Below the pieces are notes generated by a model that was not told the DNA's origin, searched no databases, and saw only the letters and a list, made by a program, of their open reading frames with translations. A stretch of 34,429 bases of DNA, from assembly GCA_029858935.1 (NCBI GenBank), contig JAOUEA010000003.1, positions 1 through 34,429 on the forward strand. The letters are read 5' to 3'. Source of the DNA: Actinomycetota bacterium (lineage in GTDB: Bacteria > Actinomycetota > UBA4738 > HRBIN12). The position numbers and the translations under genes were made by a program. Shown here in pieces: positions 17,995 to 28,457 of this stretch. Within the stretch, counting starts at the first letter, position 1. Each line of letters starts with the position of its first letter.

Positions 17995-18749
17995 GTCGGC
18001 GTTCGTTTCTCGAGGAAGGCGGCGACGCCCTCCTGACCCTCGGCACTCGTGCGTGCCTCGGCGATGCGCTCGGCCAGGTCGGGGAGCACGAGCGAGGCCG
18101 TCGCCTCGCGGACGAGGCGTTTGTTGGCGGCCACGGCCTCGGGGCCGCTTGCGAGGAAGGCTTCGGCGACCTCATCGATCGCGGTGTCGAGGTCCTGCGT
18201 CGCCACGACGCGATGCACGAGACCGTACGTGGCCGCATCGGCAGCCTCGAACGTGCGGCCGGTCGTGAACAGCTCCCGGGCGCGACCGGGGCCGATCGCG
18301 CGCAGCACGTATGGCGAGACCACGGCGGGCAACACGCCGAGACGCACCTCGGCGAAGCCGAAGCTGGCGCCCTCGACCGCGATCGCCACGTCGGTGCAGG
18401 CAACGAGCCCCGCGCCTCCACCGATCGCCGCGCCGTTGACGCGAGCGATCACCGCTTTCGGGCACCGATCGACCGTTTCGAACGCCGCCGCCATGTCGAT
18501 GGCGTCCTCGCGGTTCTGCTCGGCGGTGAGACCGCGGCTCGCCCGCATCCACTCGAGGTCGGCTCCCGCCGAGAAGGCACTGCCGGCGCCGGTGATCACG
18601 ACCACCCGCACCGCGTCGTTGCCCGAGACCTCGTCGATCGCCGCGGCGAGCGACGCGAGCATGTTCGGATCGAGCGCGTTGCGATGATCGGGCCGATCCA
18701 GCGTCAGGGTCGCGACCGGCCCTTCGAGGGCGCGTTTCACGTCGCTCAC
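17970..18749 (-). CDS. liuC: Enoyl-CoA hydratase, probable methylglutaconyl-CoA hydratase
   Basis: Crotonase motifs [17 protein letters not shown] and [14 protein letters not shown]; located between the MCC subunits. Confidence 0.88.
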   Translation of the reverse strand: MSDVKRALEGPVATLTLDRPDHRNALDPNMLASLAAAIDEVSGNDAVRVVVITGAGSAFSAGADLEWMRASRGLTAEQNREDAIDMAAAFETVDRCPKAVIARVNGAAIGGGAGLVACTDVAIAVEGASFGFAEVRLGVLPAVVSPYVLRAIGPGRARELFTTGRTFEAADAATYGLVHRVVATQDLDTAIDEVAEAFLASGPEAVAANKRLVREATASLVLPDLAERIAEARTSAEGQEGVAAFLEKRTPTWLSSSDS

Positions 18750-20311
18750 ATCCGGAACACCCCGAACGTCGTCGGTGCCAGCGGGGCGCGCGATGCCGCG
18801 TCGAGCCCGAGGGCCAGCACCTTCCTGGTGTCGAGGGGATCGATCACCCCGTCATCCCACAGCCGGGCCGTCGAGTGGTAAGGACTACCCTCTCGCTCGT
18901 ACCGCTCGATCGTCGCCGCCTCCTGTTCGGGGTCGCCACCGACCGCGGTGAGTACCGTCGCCGCTTGCCTGCCGCCCATCACCGAGATGCGAGCGTTCGG
19001 CCACATCCACAGCTGGCGCGGTCCGTAGGCGCGCCCGCACATGGCGTAGTTGCCGGCCCCGAACGATCCGCCGATGATCACCGTGAACTTCGGCACGTTC
19101 GCACATGCCACGGCCGTGACGAGCTTCGCGCCGTCCTTGGCGATGCCGCCGGCCTCGTACTCGCGACCGACCATGAATCCGGTGATGTTCTGCAGGAAGA
19201 CGAGCGGGACGCCCCGTTCGGTCGCGAGCTCGATGAAGTGCGCGCCCTTGAGCGCCGACTCCGAGAACAAGATGCCGTTGTTCGCGACGATCGCGACCGG
19301 GTGGCCGTGGATCCTCGCGAACCCGCACACCAGCGTCTCGCCGTACCGCTGCTTGAACTCGTGCAGCGACGAGCCGTCGACGACGCGGCCGATCACCTCC
19401 CGCACGTCGGCGACCTGGGAGAGGTCGCGGGGGATCACGCCGTAGAGGGTGGCCGGGTCGATGGCTGGCTCGACGGGCTCGGCGATCTGCCACGCGCGCT
19501 CGGTGGGTCGATTGAGGTGTGAGACGATCTCGCGCACGATGCGGAGCGCATGCTCGTCGTCGGCCGCCTCGTGATCGACGACGCCACTCGACCGGGCATG
19601 CACCTCCGCGCCACCGAGCTCCTGAGGGTCGACGTCTTCTCCGGTGGCGGCCTTCACCAGCGGTGGGCCACCGAGGAAGATCGTGCCGGTGCCACGCACG
19701 ATCACCGATTCGTCCGACATCGCGGGCACGTACGCCCCGCCGGCGGTGCACGAGCCCATCACCGCAGCGATCTGTGGGATGCCCGTCGCCGACATGCGCG
19801 CCTGGTTGTAGAAGATGCGCCCGAAATGATCCCGGTCGGGGAACACGTCGGCCTGCAGCGGGAGGTACGCGCCGCCCGAATCGACGAGGTAGATGCAGGG
19901 AAGCCCGTTCTCCAGCGCGATCTCCTGTGCCCGCAGGTGCTTCTTCACGGTGATCGGGAAGTACGTGCCACCTTTCACGGTCGCATCGTTGGCCACGATC
20001 ACGCACGGCGTTCCGTGGATCGCCCCGATGCCGGTGATGATCCCGGCCCCCGGCGCTTGCCCGTCGTACAAGTCGCAGGCCGCGAGCGGAGAGAGTTCGA
20101 GGAACGCCGAGGCGCCGTCGACCAGCCGCTCGATGCGTTCGCGGGCCGTGAGCTTGCCCCGTTCGCGATGACGCGAGGTCGCCTGGTCGCCTCCGCCCCG
20201 TTGCACCTCTTCGAGCCGGGTGTCGAGGTCGTCGACGAGCTCGCGCATCGCGGCAGCGTTGGCCTCGAATCCCTGCGTCGTCGGGTCGGCGAGCGTGGTC
20301 AGCCGCGCCAC
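18746..20311 (-). CDS. liuB: Methylcrotonyl-CoA carboxylase beta (carboxyltransferase) subunit
   Basis: [65 protein letters not shown]. Start reassigned to the GTG at 20311. Confidence 0.95.
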   Translation of the reverse strand: MARLTTLADPTTQGFEANAAAMRELVDDLDTRLEEVQRGGGDQATSRHRERGKLTARERIERLVDGASAFLELSPLAACDLYDGQAPGAGIITGIGAIHGTPCVIVANDATVKGGTYFPITVKKHLRAQEIALENGLPCIYLVDSGGAYLPLQADVFPDRDHFGRIFYNQARMSATGIPQIAAVMGSCTAGGAYVPAMSDESVIVRGTGTIFLGGPPLVKAATGEDVDPQELGGAEVHARSSGVVDHEAADDEHALRIVREIVSHLNRPTERAWQIAEPVEPAIDPATLYGVIPRDLSQVADVREVIGRVVDGSSLHEFKQRYGETLVCGFARIHGHPVAIVANNGILFSESALKGAHFIELATERGVPLVFLQNITGFMVGREYEAGGIAKDGAKLVTAVACANVPKFTVIIGGSFGAGNYAMCGRAYGPRQLWMWPNARISVMGGRQAATVLTAVGGDPEQEAATIERYEREGSPYHSTARLWDDGVIDPLDTRKVLALGLDAASRAPLAPTTFGVFRM

Positions 20312-20451
20312 GTGCGATCCATCCCTGCCGTTGCGGCTCGCCGCATCATCGGGTGCCACCTTACCCCCGGGCACCGACGCGCATCGCGTCGCCACGGATC
20401 GCTCGGCCCGGGGGCGACACCGTGGGTCGCGGCGGCGTACCGTGGGTTCCC

Positions 20452-21606
20452 ATGAGCGATCGGATCTCGCTGGAGGAGCTCCGCGATGCGGTGCGGACCT
20501 TCGCCCACCGCGAGCTCGCTCCCCAAGCCGAGCGGATCGATCGCGACGACGAGTTCCCTCGTTGGCTCTGGCCGCGGCTCGGCGAGCTGGGGGTGCTCGG
20601 TCCCACGGTGCCCGAGGCCGACGGGGGGGCCGGGCTGGGTTTCCTCGAGCACCTCGTCGTCGTCGAAGAGGTCTCAAGGGTCTCCGCCGCGATCGGCATG
20701 TCGTATGCGGCGCATTCCAACCTGTGCGTGCACAACCTCTGGGCCAACGGAACGCCCGCACAGCGCCGGCGATGGCTGCCATCGCTGATCTCGGGGGAGC
20801 ATGTGGGCGCGCTCGCTATGAGCGAGGCAGACGCCGGCTCCGATGTGATCGGCGCCATGGCGTGCCGCGCCGAGCGGACGACGAGCGGATGGATCGCGAA
20901 CGGTTCGAAGATGTGGATCACGAACGGACCCGAGGCCGACGTGCTCGTCGTCTACATGCGCACGTCTGCGCCCGATCGCGGGTCGGCGTCGGTGACCGCG
21001 TTCGTGATCGAGCGCGGCATGAAGGGGTTCAGCGTCTCGCCGAAGATGGACAAGCTCGGCATGCGAGGCTCGCCGACCTCCGAGATCGTGTTCTCGGACT
21101 GCGAGATCCCCGACGACCACGTGCTCGGCGAGGTCGACGGCGGGATCCGGGTGCTCATGTCGGGGCTCGATTCCGAGCGACTCGTGCTGTCGGGCGGACC
21201 GATCGGCATCATGCAGGCCGCGCTCGATCTCACCCTTCCGTACGTGCGTGAGCGCCGGCAGTTCGGCAAGCCGATCGGCGCGTTCGAGCTGATGCAAGGC
21301 AAACTCGCCGACATGTTCGTTGCGTTGGAATCGTCGCGAGCGTACGCCTACGACGTGGCCCGCCGGTTCGATCGCCGGCCCGACGACCGGCATCGGGCCG
21401 CGGCCGCCGCATGCCTGCTCGCCGCGTCGGAACGCGCGGTCGAGGTCGCCCTCGAGGCGATCCAAAGCATGGGCGGGGCCGGATATCTGAACGAGGTGCC
21501 GGCCGGTCGGCTCCTGCGGGACGCCAAGCTCTACACGATCGGTGCCGGCACCGCCGAGATCCGACGCATGCTGATCGGCCGTGAACTCACCGGCAGGCTC
21601 GACTAG
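20452..21606 (+). CDS. ivd: Isovaleryl-CoA dehydrogenase
   Basis: [49 protein letters not shown] and [19 protein letters not shown]; divergent from the MCC operon. Confidence 0.93.
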   Translation: MSDRISLEELRDAVRTFAHRELAPQAERIDRDDEFPRWLWPRLGELGVLGPTVPEADGGAGLGFLEHLVVVEEVSRVSAAIGMSYAAHSNLCVHNLWANGTPAQRRRWLPSLISGEHVGALAMSEADAGSDVIGAMACRAERTTSGWIANGSKMWITNGPEADVLVVYMRTSAPDRGSASVTAFVIERGMKGFSVSPKMDKLGMRGSPTSEIVFSDCEIPDDHVLGEVDGGIRVLMSGLDSERLVLSGGPIGIMQAALDLTLPYVRERRQFGKPIGAFELMQGKLADMFVALESSRAYAYDVARRFDRRPDDRHRAAAAACLLAASERAVEVALEAIQSMGGAGYLNEVPAGRLLRDAKLYTIGAGTAEIRRMLIGRELTGRLD

Positions 21607-21677
21607 CGCCGGCCTCGCCCAGGGGATCGCCGGGTCGATGCTGCTGAACGACCGTCCGTCGGTGCGATGATGCCGAG

Positions 21678-24359
21678 GTGCTGACGCCCGAGATGCTCGG
21701 TCGCACGTTCGCTGAAGCCCCCGACCCGGAACTCGCGAGGGTCGCGTTCTCGCGCGTCGGCGACGACTCGGAGGCCCGCGCCGCCCTCGCGCAGCCGGAG
21801 ATCACCGAAACCGCCTCCAGGCTCCTCGGATTCTCGAGCGCCGCCACGGACTTCTTCGTCGCGCACCCCGGTGAACTCACGGCACTCGCCGACGTGTCGG
21901 CCCGGGGCGCACCGGTCCTTCGCGGGGAGCTCGACGCCGATCTCGATCGCCATGGCGCGTCCGCGGGGCTCCGCCGGTTCCGGCGCCGCGCGATGCTCCG
22001 GGTGGCCGCCCGTGACTTGGCGGGCGCACCGCTCGACGACGTGATCGCCGAGATCAGTGCGATCGCCGACGCCTGCATCACTGCGGCGCTCGATCGTGTC
22101 GATGAGGCCGGGCTCGCCGTGATCGGCCTCGGGAAGCTCGGGGGCTCGGAATTGAACTATGCGAGCGACGTCGACCTCGTGTTCCTGCACCGCGAGCCCG
22201 GACCCGACCGGCAGCAGGCCGCCGAGCAAGCCGTCGCCGCGGTGACTGCCCTGCTCTCCGCGCCGACCGCCGACGGTGTGGCCTTGCGGGTCGACGTGGC
22301 GCTGCGACCGGGTGGCCGGGCCGGCTCGTTGTCTCGCTCGCTCGGATCGACGCTCGCCTACTACGAGCGCGAGTCGGCGACGTGGGAGCGCCAGGCGATG
22401 ATCAAGGCACGCCCGATCGCCGGTGACACCGCCCTCGCGACGGCGTTCTGCGACGGGGTGCAGCCCTTCGTGTACCCCGCGGAGCTCCCCCCTGCGGCGA
22501 TCGAGGACGTGCGGCGTACGAAGGTGCGCCTCGAGGAGTACATCCGGCGTCGTGGCAAGGAGTTCACGGAGGTCAAGCGCGGGCGCGGCGGCATCCGCGA
22601 CGTCGAGTTCGCCGTGCAGCTGTTGCAGATCGTGCATGGGCGGCGCGATGTGCGGCTGCGCACGCCGAACACGCTCGACGCCCTCGTCGGACTCGCGCAC
22701 GAGGGCTACGTCGCCGATGCCGACGCGGACGCCCTGAGCGGGGCGTACCGGTTCCTCAGGCAGGTCGAGCACCGTCTGCAGATCGTGCGCGACCTGCAGA
22801 CGCATGACCTGCCACCGAGCAGGCATGCCAGGACAACGCTCGCACGCTCGCTCGGCCTTGCCGACGCCGACGCGCTCGCAGCCGAGTACGAGCGCACGAC
22901 CGGGCTCGTTCGCTCGATCCACGAACGGCTGTTCTACCGCCCGCTCCTCGAGTCTTTCGCCGGTCCCGCACAGTTGCATCCCAGTCGGGGCACCGACCGG
23001 CCAGCGACCGAGGAGCTGCTGAGCGGGCTCGGGTTCTCCGAGCCCGCTCGCTCCTACGACGTGCTCGGCAGGCTCGTCGACCCGGCGCGCCGGGTCGGCA
23101 AGGTGCTCGCCAACCTGTTCCCAGTGATGGCGCCCGCCCTCGCGCTCTCGCCCGCTCCCGACGGTGCGCTCGTTCGGCTGGAACGCATCGCCGACGCCGT
23201 CGTCACGTCGGGCACCGACCGGGAGGTCGCGGATCTCCTCGCGACCGACCCGTTCGCCGCCCGCCGGTTGGCCCACGTGGCCGGTGCGAGCTCGTTCGCG
23301 ACCGATCTGCTGGTCGCCGATCCGACGCGTATCGGGGGGCTCTCCGATTCCCTGCTCGGCCGGGAGACCGATGCGCCCGGCGACCTCGTCGACGCGGTCG
23401 CGCGCACGGCTGGGCGCGAGCTCTCCCCCCGCGAGACCGGCGAGGCATTGAGCGCGGTCGCCGTCCGGGTGGTGCGCGAAGCGGTCGCCGCCGCCGAGCC
23501 GCCCGCCGATCTGCCGTTCGCCGTGATCGGCATGGGCAAGCTGGGAGCCCGCGAATGCAACGTCGCGAGCGATCTCGATCTCATGTTCGTGTACGAGGGC
23601 GAAGGGGCCGGGGCGCAGCGGCGGGCGAGCGTCCTCGCAGAGCAGGTGCTTCGAGGCATCAGGGAAGCCGGCTGGGAACCCGACGCCGACCTGCGGCCCG
23701 AGGGACGCAACGGCCCGCTGGCCCGGTCGATCGCCGGGTACTTGGAGTACTGGCAGCGGTACGCCCAGACCTGGGAGTTCCAGGCCCTCTTGCGGGCTCG
23801 AGCCGTCGCCGGCGATGCCGACCTCGGCCGGCGGTTCGAGCTGATTGCGGCCGATATCGCCTATCCGCCCGACGGCATCACGATCGACCGTATGGCCGAC
23901 ATGCGCCACATGCGTGAGCGCATCGAACGCGAACGCGTGAAACCTCCGGAAGCGGCGAAGTTCCACTTCAAACTCGGGATCGGATCGCTCGCCGACGTGC
24001 AGTTCGCGGTGGAACTCTCGCTGATGCGACACGGGGGCAGACATCCCGGGATCAGGTCGCGCAGAACGCTCGAGGCGATCGATCGACTCGCGGCGGCCAA
24101 GCTGATGCCGGGCTCCGTCGCCCGCGACCTCGGGGAGGCGTTCGTGTTCTGCACCGACCTCAAGAACGCCCTCGAGATGGATCGTCGCGTCCACGCGGAG
24201 GCGGTGCCGGCGGACCCGGCCGAGCAGACGGCGCTGGCCCGCCGCCTCGGCTACGAGGAGTATCCGAGACAGAGCCTCATCGACGACTATCTGCGTGTCA
24301 CGCGCCGTGCGCGCCGGGCGATGGAACGCGTGTTCACCGAGGAGGCCATGGCCGAATGA
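21678..24359 (+). CDS. glnE: Bifunctional glutamine synthetase adenylyltransferase/adenylyl-removing enzyme
   Basis: Two NTase domains (GLGKLGGSELNYASDVD and GMGKLGARECNVASDLD), LRP.GR.G motifs, WERQAMIKAR and WEFQALLRAR. Confidence 0.95.
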   Translation: MLTPEMLGRTFAEAPDPELARVAFSRVGDDSEARAALAQPEITETASRLLGFSSAATDFFVAHPGELTALADVSARGAPVLRGELDADLDRHGASAGLRRFRRRAMLRVAARDLAGAPLDDVIAEISAIADACITAALDRVDEAGLAVIGLGKLGGSELNYASDVDLVFLHREPGPDRQQAAEQAVAAVTALLSAPTADGVALRVDVALRPGGRAGSLSRSLGSTLAYYERESATWERQAMIKARPIAGDTALATAFCDGVQPFVYPAELPPAAIEDVRRTKVRLEEYIRRRGKEFTEVKRGRGGIRDVEFAVQLLQIVHGRRDVRLRTPNTLDALVGLAHEGYVADADADALSGAYRFLRQVEHRLQIVRDLQTHDLPPSRHARTTLARSLGLADADALAAEYERTTGLVRSIHERLFYRPLLESFAGPAQLHPSRGTDRPATEELLSGLGFSEPARSYDVLGRLVDPARRVGKVLANLFPVMAPALALSPAPDGALVRLERIADAVVTSGTDREVADLLATDPFAARRLAHVAGASSFATDLLVADPTRIGGLSDSLLGRETDAPGDLVDAVARTAGRELSPRETGEALSAVAVRVVREAVAAAEPPADLPFAVIGMGKLGARECNVASDLDLMFVYEGEGAGAQRRASVLAEQVLRGIREAGWEPDADLRPEGRNGPLARSIAGYLEYWQRYAQTWEFQALLRARAVAGDADLGRRFELIAADIAYPPDGITIDRMADMRHMRERIERERVKPPEAAKFHFKLGIGSLADVQFAVELSLMRHGGRHPGIRSRRTLEAIDRLAAAKLMPGSVARDLGEAFVFCTDLKNALEMDRRVHAEAVPADPAEQTALARRLGYEEYPRQSLIDDYLRVTRRARRAMERVFTEEAMAE

Positions 24360-25153
24360 CGAAGATCGACGCACGGCGGCGCACGGCGGTGATCACCGGG
24401 GCCTCGAGCGGCTTCGGCGCCGAGTTCACCCGTCTGTTCGGAGCCGACGGATGGAACGTGGTCATGGTCGCTCGCAGCGGTGCGGCGATGGAGGCGATCG
24501 CCCAGGAGATCGAGGAACGTCACGGCGTCGAAGTCACGGTGTTGCCGAAGGACCTCGCAGCGATCGGTGCATGCGCCGACGTCATGGCCTCCCTCGAGCA
24601 ACGCGGGGTCATCGTGGACGCCCTCGTGAACAACGCGGGCTTCTCTACGTATGGGGAGTTCTGGCGCGACGACCCCGACAAGCAGTCCTCGATGCTGCAG
24701 GTCAACGTCGTCGCGCTGACCGAACTGAGCCGTCTCATCCTGCCGGGCATGGTCGAGCGGGGTCATGGGCGGCTGTTGACGCTCGGCTCGGTCGGCTCGT
24801 TCGCCGCCGCGCCGATGACCGCCGCGTACGCCGCCACGAAGGCATATGTGCTGTCGCTCTCGCTCGCCATGGCCGAGGAGTTGCGCGGCTCCGGCGTCAC
24901 GGTCACGTGCCTGTGTCCAGGGCCGACCGAGACGGGGTTCCAGGAGCGTGCCGAGATGGGTGATTCGGCGCTCGTCAAGGACCGGAACCTGCCGGCCGCG
25001 CGTTCGGTGGCAGAGGCGGGCTACGCCGCGATGCAGGCCGGAAAGCCCTACCTCGTCACCGGTATGAACAGCAGGGTGTTCGCCTTCGGTTCGCGGTTCC
25101 TTTCCAGGACCACGACGACCCGGCTCGCCGGGCGGGCACAGCGTCGCACCTAG
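24356..25153 (+). CDS. SDR family oxidoreductase
   Basis: TGASSGFG, NNAG, YAATK and CPGPTET motifs; ATGA overlap with glnE. Confidence 0.93.
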   Translation: MTKIDARRRTAVITGASSGFGAEFTRLFGADGWNVVMVARSGAAMEAIAQEIEERHGVEVTVLPKDLAAIGACADVMASLEQRGVIVDALVNNAGFSTYGEFWRDDPDKQSSMLQVNVVALTELSRLILPGMVERGHGRLLTLGSVGSFAAAPMTAAYAATKAYVLSLSLAMAEELRGSGVTVTCLCPGPTETGFQERAEMGDSALVKDRNLPAARSVAEAGYAAMQAGKPYLVTGMNSRVFAFGSRFLSRTTTTRLAGRAQRRT

Positions 25154-25250
25154 GAACGCACCCCGGCGTGGCACGGCATCCTACTGCGAACGTACCACTG
25201 CCACGTCCGTCGCCATCTGATTAGCTAGCCGCCGACAGAGGGAGGGAACC

Positions 25251-25616
25251 ATGCTCAAGGAATTCAAGGAATTCGCCCTCAAGGGCAATCTGATCGAGAT
25301 CGCGGTCGGCCTGATCCTGGCGCTCGCGTTCGCCGGAGTGGTGCTGTCGTTCACCGAGGACATCATCGCCCCGATCGTGGGTGCGATCGTCGGTCAACCG
25401 AGCTTCGACAGCCTCACGATCGAGGTCGGAGACGCTGAGATCCGATACGGCGCGTTCATCACGGTGCTGTTCAACTTCCTGATCGTGGCGTTCGTTCTGT
25501 TCATGATCGTGAAGGGCGCGAACAAGATGATGCCGAAGAAGGAAGAGGAATCCGGCCCGAGCGAGGTCGAGCTGCTGACTGAGATCCGCGACTCCCTGAA
25601 GGGTCGCACCGTCTGA
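25251..25616 (+). CDS. mscL: Large-conductance mechanosensitive channel
   Basis: MLKEFKEFALKGNLIEIAVG, YGAFI and LLTEIRDSL; GGAGG SD. Confidence 0.96.
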   Translation: MLKEFKEFALKGNLIEIAVGLILALAFAGVVLSFTEDIIAPIVGAIVGQPSFDSLTIEVGDAEIRYGAFITVLFNFLIVAFVLFMIVKGANKMMPKKEEESGPSEVELLTEIRDSLKGRTV

Positions 25617-25628
25617 GGAAGGTCGAAC

Positions 25629-26405
25629 CTAGGCTGCGGGCGGCTCCGGCACCGTGGGAGTCGGAGCTGCCTGGTCGCCTCGCAGCGTCGCGGCGAGCTT
25701 CCAGTGCATCTGCAGCAGCCACCATGACGCGCCCGCGAGCGCGAGGCCCGACACGATGTCGGCGATGCCACGTTCGCGCTCGGCGGTTTCGCTGAGCGAG
25801 AGCACCGCGCTCGTGGTGGGCGAGACGACTCGGAATACACCGTAGCCGGCCTTCACGGTACTGACGGCGAACAGCACCACGAAGATCAACACGACGGTGT
25901 AAGCGAAGGCCTGGAAGGTACGCCCCGCGGGTGAGCCGCCGAAGCGGGAGTCGCCGAGGAGCTCGCCACGCCAGTCGTGGTGGAGCCGGTAGAGCGCGAA
26001 GGCTACGATCGCCGTGATGCCTGAGGCCACCAGGCTGCGGATGGCTGCATCGGTCCCGTTCAGGCCGAGGGTGCCGCCGAGCCCGGTGAGCAGGTCGACG
26101 ATGCCGCCCCCCTCGGCACCCGGGATGCCGGCGCCCGTCAGACCACCGAGCCCGCCGAGCCCACCCAGGAGATCCTCAGCCGATTCCGGCCCGAGGATGA
26201 GCTGCACGGCCGCCTCGAGGAACGAGGTCGCCGCCAGCACGCCGATCACGAGCACGGGCAGCATGGCGACCGACAGGTAGATCGCCCGCGGCCGCGTCGA
26301 CGCCTCGTCGGGCAGCCCACGGCCCGTGATGACGGCGACGATGGCCATGAGCAGGCCGAGCGAGGCGAAACCGAAGACCAGCGAGCCGGCGCTGCCGTCG
26401 AACAT
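25629..26405 (-). CDS. Membrane protein with two internal helical-hairpin repeats (DUF5671-like) and a Gly-rich loop
   Basis: GGAGG SD before the ATG at 26405. About five TM segments; repeats RAIYL...YRLHHDWR and RTFQAFAY...LQMHWK. Confidence 0.7.
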   Translation of the reverse strand: MFDGSAGSLVFGFASLGLLMAIVAVITGRGLPDEASTRPRAIYLSVAMLPVLVIGVLAATSFLEAAVQLILGPESAEDLLGGLGGLGGLTGAGIPGAEGGGIVDLLTGLGGTLGLNGTDAAIRSLVASGITAIVAFALYRLHHDWRGELLGDSRFGGSPAGRTFQAFAYTVVLIFVVLFAVSTVKAGYGVFRVVSPTTSAVLSLSETAERERGIADIVSGLALAGASWWLLQMHWKLAATLRGDQAAPTPTVPEPPAA

Positions 26406-26495
26406 CGAGAACCTCCCGGGCGTGCCCCGTCGAGCGAGGGTGCACCCAAGCATCACAGCCAGGGACGCGGGTGTCGAACGCCGGCGCGACCCGGC

Positions 26496-28232
26496 TCAGG
26501 CAGCGAGGCGCAACGTCACCGAGATCGAGGAGCTCAGCGGCGTCGTGTCCGGCGAGCCTTCGGCCGTCAGTTGTAGCTTCCCACCGATCTGGTGGTTCGA
26601 CTTCGCCTGGATCGTGTCCCACGCGCCGTCGTTGAGGATCACGTCGAACGTGCGATCCTCGAGCGGCGCCAGCGCGAACGTGACGGGGCCGAACTGCTTG
26701 CTGCCCCCGGCGATCAGCTTCACGCTGCCGTTGCAGGAAGCGGGCTGATCGGGACAGCGGAGCGTGAAGCTCAGCGTGCGGTCGCTCTGCACCTCGAACG
26801 GCGAAGGCGTGGTGAGTTCGGTGAGCACGGGCTGGGTCGGCGGCGGCGGGTCGACCGGCGGCAGGCCCGTCCACGAGAAGCGGGCGATCGAGCGACGCAC
26901 CTGCGAGTTGACGTAGCGGAACTCACCCAGCGCCCACAGGTGGTCGTCGGTGACCTGGATCTCCCACAAGCCGCCGTAGCGATTGACGCCGCTGTAGTTC
27001 GGCCCTTGCGGGTTGACCCCGTCGATGTTCGGCAGGAAGTTGCAGTCGAGGTAGGGCTGGGTTACCGAGGTCGAACCGGTGGTGATCGGAGACACCATGC
27101 TCGTGGTCGATGTCACGTTGCGCAGGATGGCGATCGCCCGAAGGTACTTGGTGTTGTTGCACACGCGCATCAGCCCGTTGTAGGTCTGGCTGCTGTTGAT
27201 GCCGAGGTGGCCGCCGATCACCAGATCGTCCCCGTTGGGAAGCAGGTGCACGGTCTGCACGTTGCCGCCCGTGCCGTACTGCCATGTGCGCGTTCCGACG
27301 TCGCCGGCATCCAGCCTGAACGCTCCGACGAAGTTCGGCTTCTTCCCGCAGCCGGCGAACAGTCGCGTGGTCGTCGTCGCCAGCTCGTAGCAGATCTGCC
27401 CCGTCGTGGTGGCGCCGGGGATCTGCGACGAGGGCACGGCCCAGGGCAGCGTCGCCCCGCTCGTCGGGTCGATGCGACCGAGCGCATAGCGCGGGTTCCC
27501 GATACCGAGCTGCTTGAAGCCGCCGGCCAGGAAGATGGACTGCGCATCGGCGGCCCACACCATGTCGTGGACGATGCCGTCGACCCCGGCCGTCTTGTAG
27601 GCGTTGACGAGCGAGCCGTCGAACTCGAGCTTCGCCGTCTTCGGCCGCCCTTTTCCGTCGACCTTCGAGAAGGCGCCGCCGACGTAGAGGCCGTCGGGTC
27701 CGGCCAGGATCGTGCGGACTTCGAAGGTTCCCTCGTTCGAGTTGCCCGGGATGCCCACGACGGTGTCGAACGTGCTCACCACGGTGTCGCGGAAGGTGAC
27801 GGGGTTGATGTCGAGCGCCGCGAGGTTGTAGTGGTTCTCGCCGTTCACGGTGCTGAACTGCCCACCGACGAACAGGCGATTTCCCACCATCTCGAGCGCG
27901 AAAACGGTGAGCGTCTGGTTCGCGTTGGCCGTGAGTCGCGGCTTGAAGTTCGCGATCGCCTGGCCGGTCGTCATGTCGATGGCGGCGAGTCCGGTGTAGC
28001 CATCGACGAACGGGCCGCTGTTCGGACCCGGGAAGACCGACTCGCCCAACTTCGAGAAGTCGCCGCCGATGAACATGACGTTGCCATACTGCACACTGGC
28101 CTTGACGAACCCGTTGGCCATCCAGGTCGTACCATCGGGAACGCTCGTGAGCGCCGATGCCGGACCGGCGCTGGCGAGAAGCGTCGCGAGGATCATCAGA
28201 CCGAGCGAGAGTGCTGTCGTCTTCAAGCGCAT
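26496..28232 (-). CDS. Secreted beta-propeller repeat protein with Pro linker and C-terminal Ig-like domain
   Basis: Signal peptide MRLKTT...ASA; about 7 repeats of (L/I)(F/Y)xGGxF; LPPVDPPPPTQP linker; C-terminal LRCPDQPASCNG. Confidence 0.8.
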   Translation of the reverse strand: MRLKTTALSLGLMILATLLASAGPASALTSVPDGTTWMANGFVKASVQYGNVMFIGGDFSKLGESVFPGPNSGPFVDGYTGLAAIDMTTGQAIANFKPRLTANANQTLTVFALEMVGNRLFVGGQFSTVNGENHYNLAALDINPVTFRDTVVSTFDTVVGIPGNSNEGTFEVRTILAGPDGLYVGGAFSKVDGKGRPKTAKLEFDGSLVNAYKTAGVDGIVHDMVWAADAQSIFLAGGFKQLGIGNPRYALGRIDPTSGATLPWAVPSSQIPGATTTGQICYELATTTTRLFAGCGKKPNFVGAFRLDAGDVGTRTWQYGTGGNVQTVHLLPNGDDLVIGGHLGINSSQTYNGLMRVCNNTKYLRAIAILRNVTSTTSMVSPITTGSTSVTQPYLDCNFLPNIDGVNPQGPNYSGVNRYGGLWEIQVTDDHLWALGEFRYVNSQVRRSIARFSWTGLPPVDPPPPTQPVLTELTTPSPFEVQSDRTLSFTLRCPDQPASCNGSVKLIAGGSKQFGPVTFALAPLEDRTFDVILNDGAWDTIQAKSNHQIGGKLQLTAEGSPDTTPLSSSISVTLRLAA

Positions 28233-28457
28233 CAGGGGGACCCTTCGTTGTGCCAGAACGAACCAAAAGTTCGGTCCGTCCCACGTCCGGCCTACCCTAG
28301 CATCGGTTGCACGGGTGGTGACCACCTCCCAAAGGCCCGAGGTGCGCGGCGAACGCGTTAGGACGGATGTCCCTGCTGCTCGATGACAGGTCTCACGAAT
28401 CCCTTACTGTTCGCCCGGTTCGCCCACATGCACCCGTCGAGGTGCCAGTCTTTGCCC

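Noticed and set aside
20312-20782. N-terminal extension of the MCC beta ORF (678 aa)
   Set aside because: Overlaps divergent ivd and is low-complexity Arg/Pro sequence; the recognisable protein begins near 20311.
21603-24374. Very long antisense ORFs (923 aa here; also 13447-15915, 16129-18036, 26592-28361, 1353-2666)
   Set aside because: Typical stop-poor mirror frames of high-GC genes, with no recognisable motifs.
28233-28457. Possible riboswitch upstream of the beta-propeller gene
   Set aside because: No recognisable c-di-GMP, c-di-AMP, Moco or other aptamer core by eye; an Infernal/Rfam scan would be needed.
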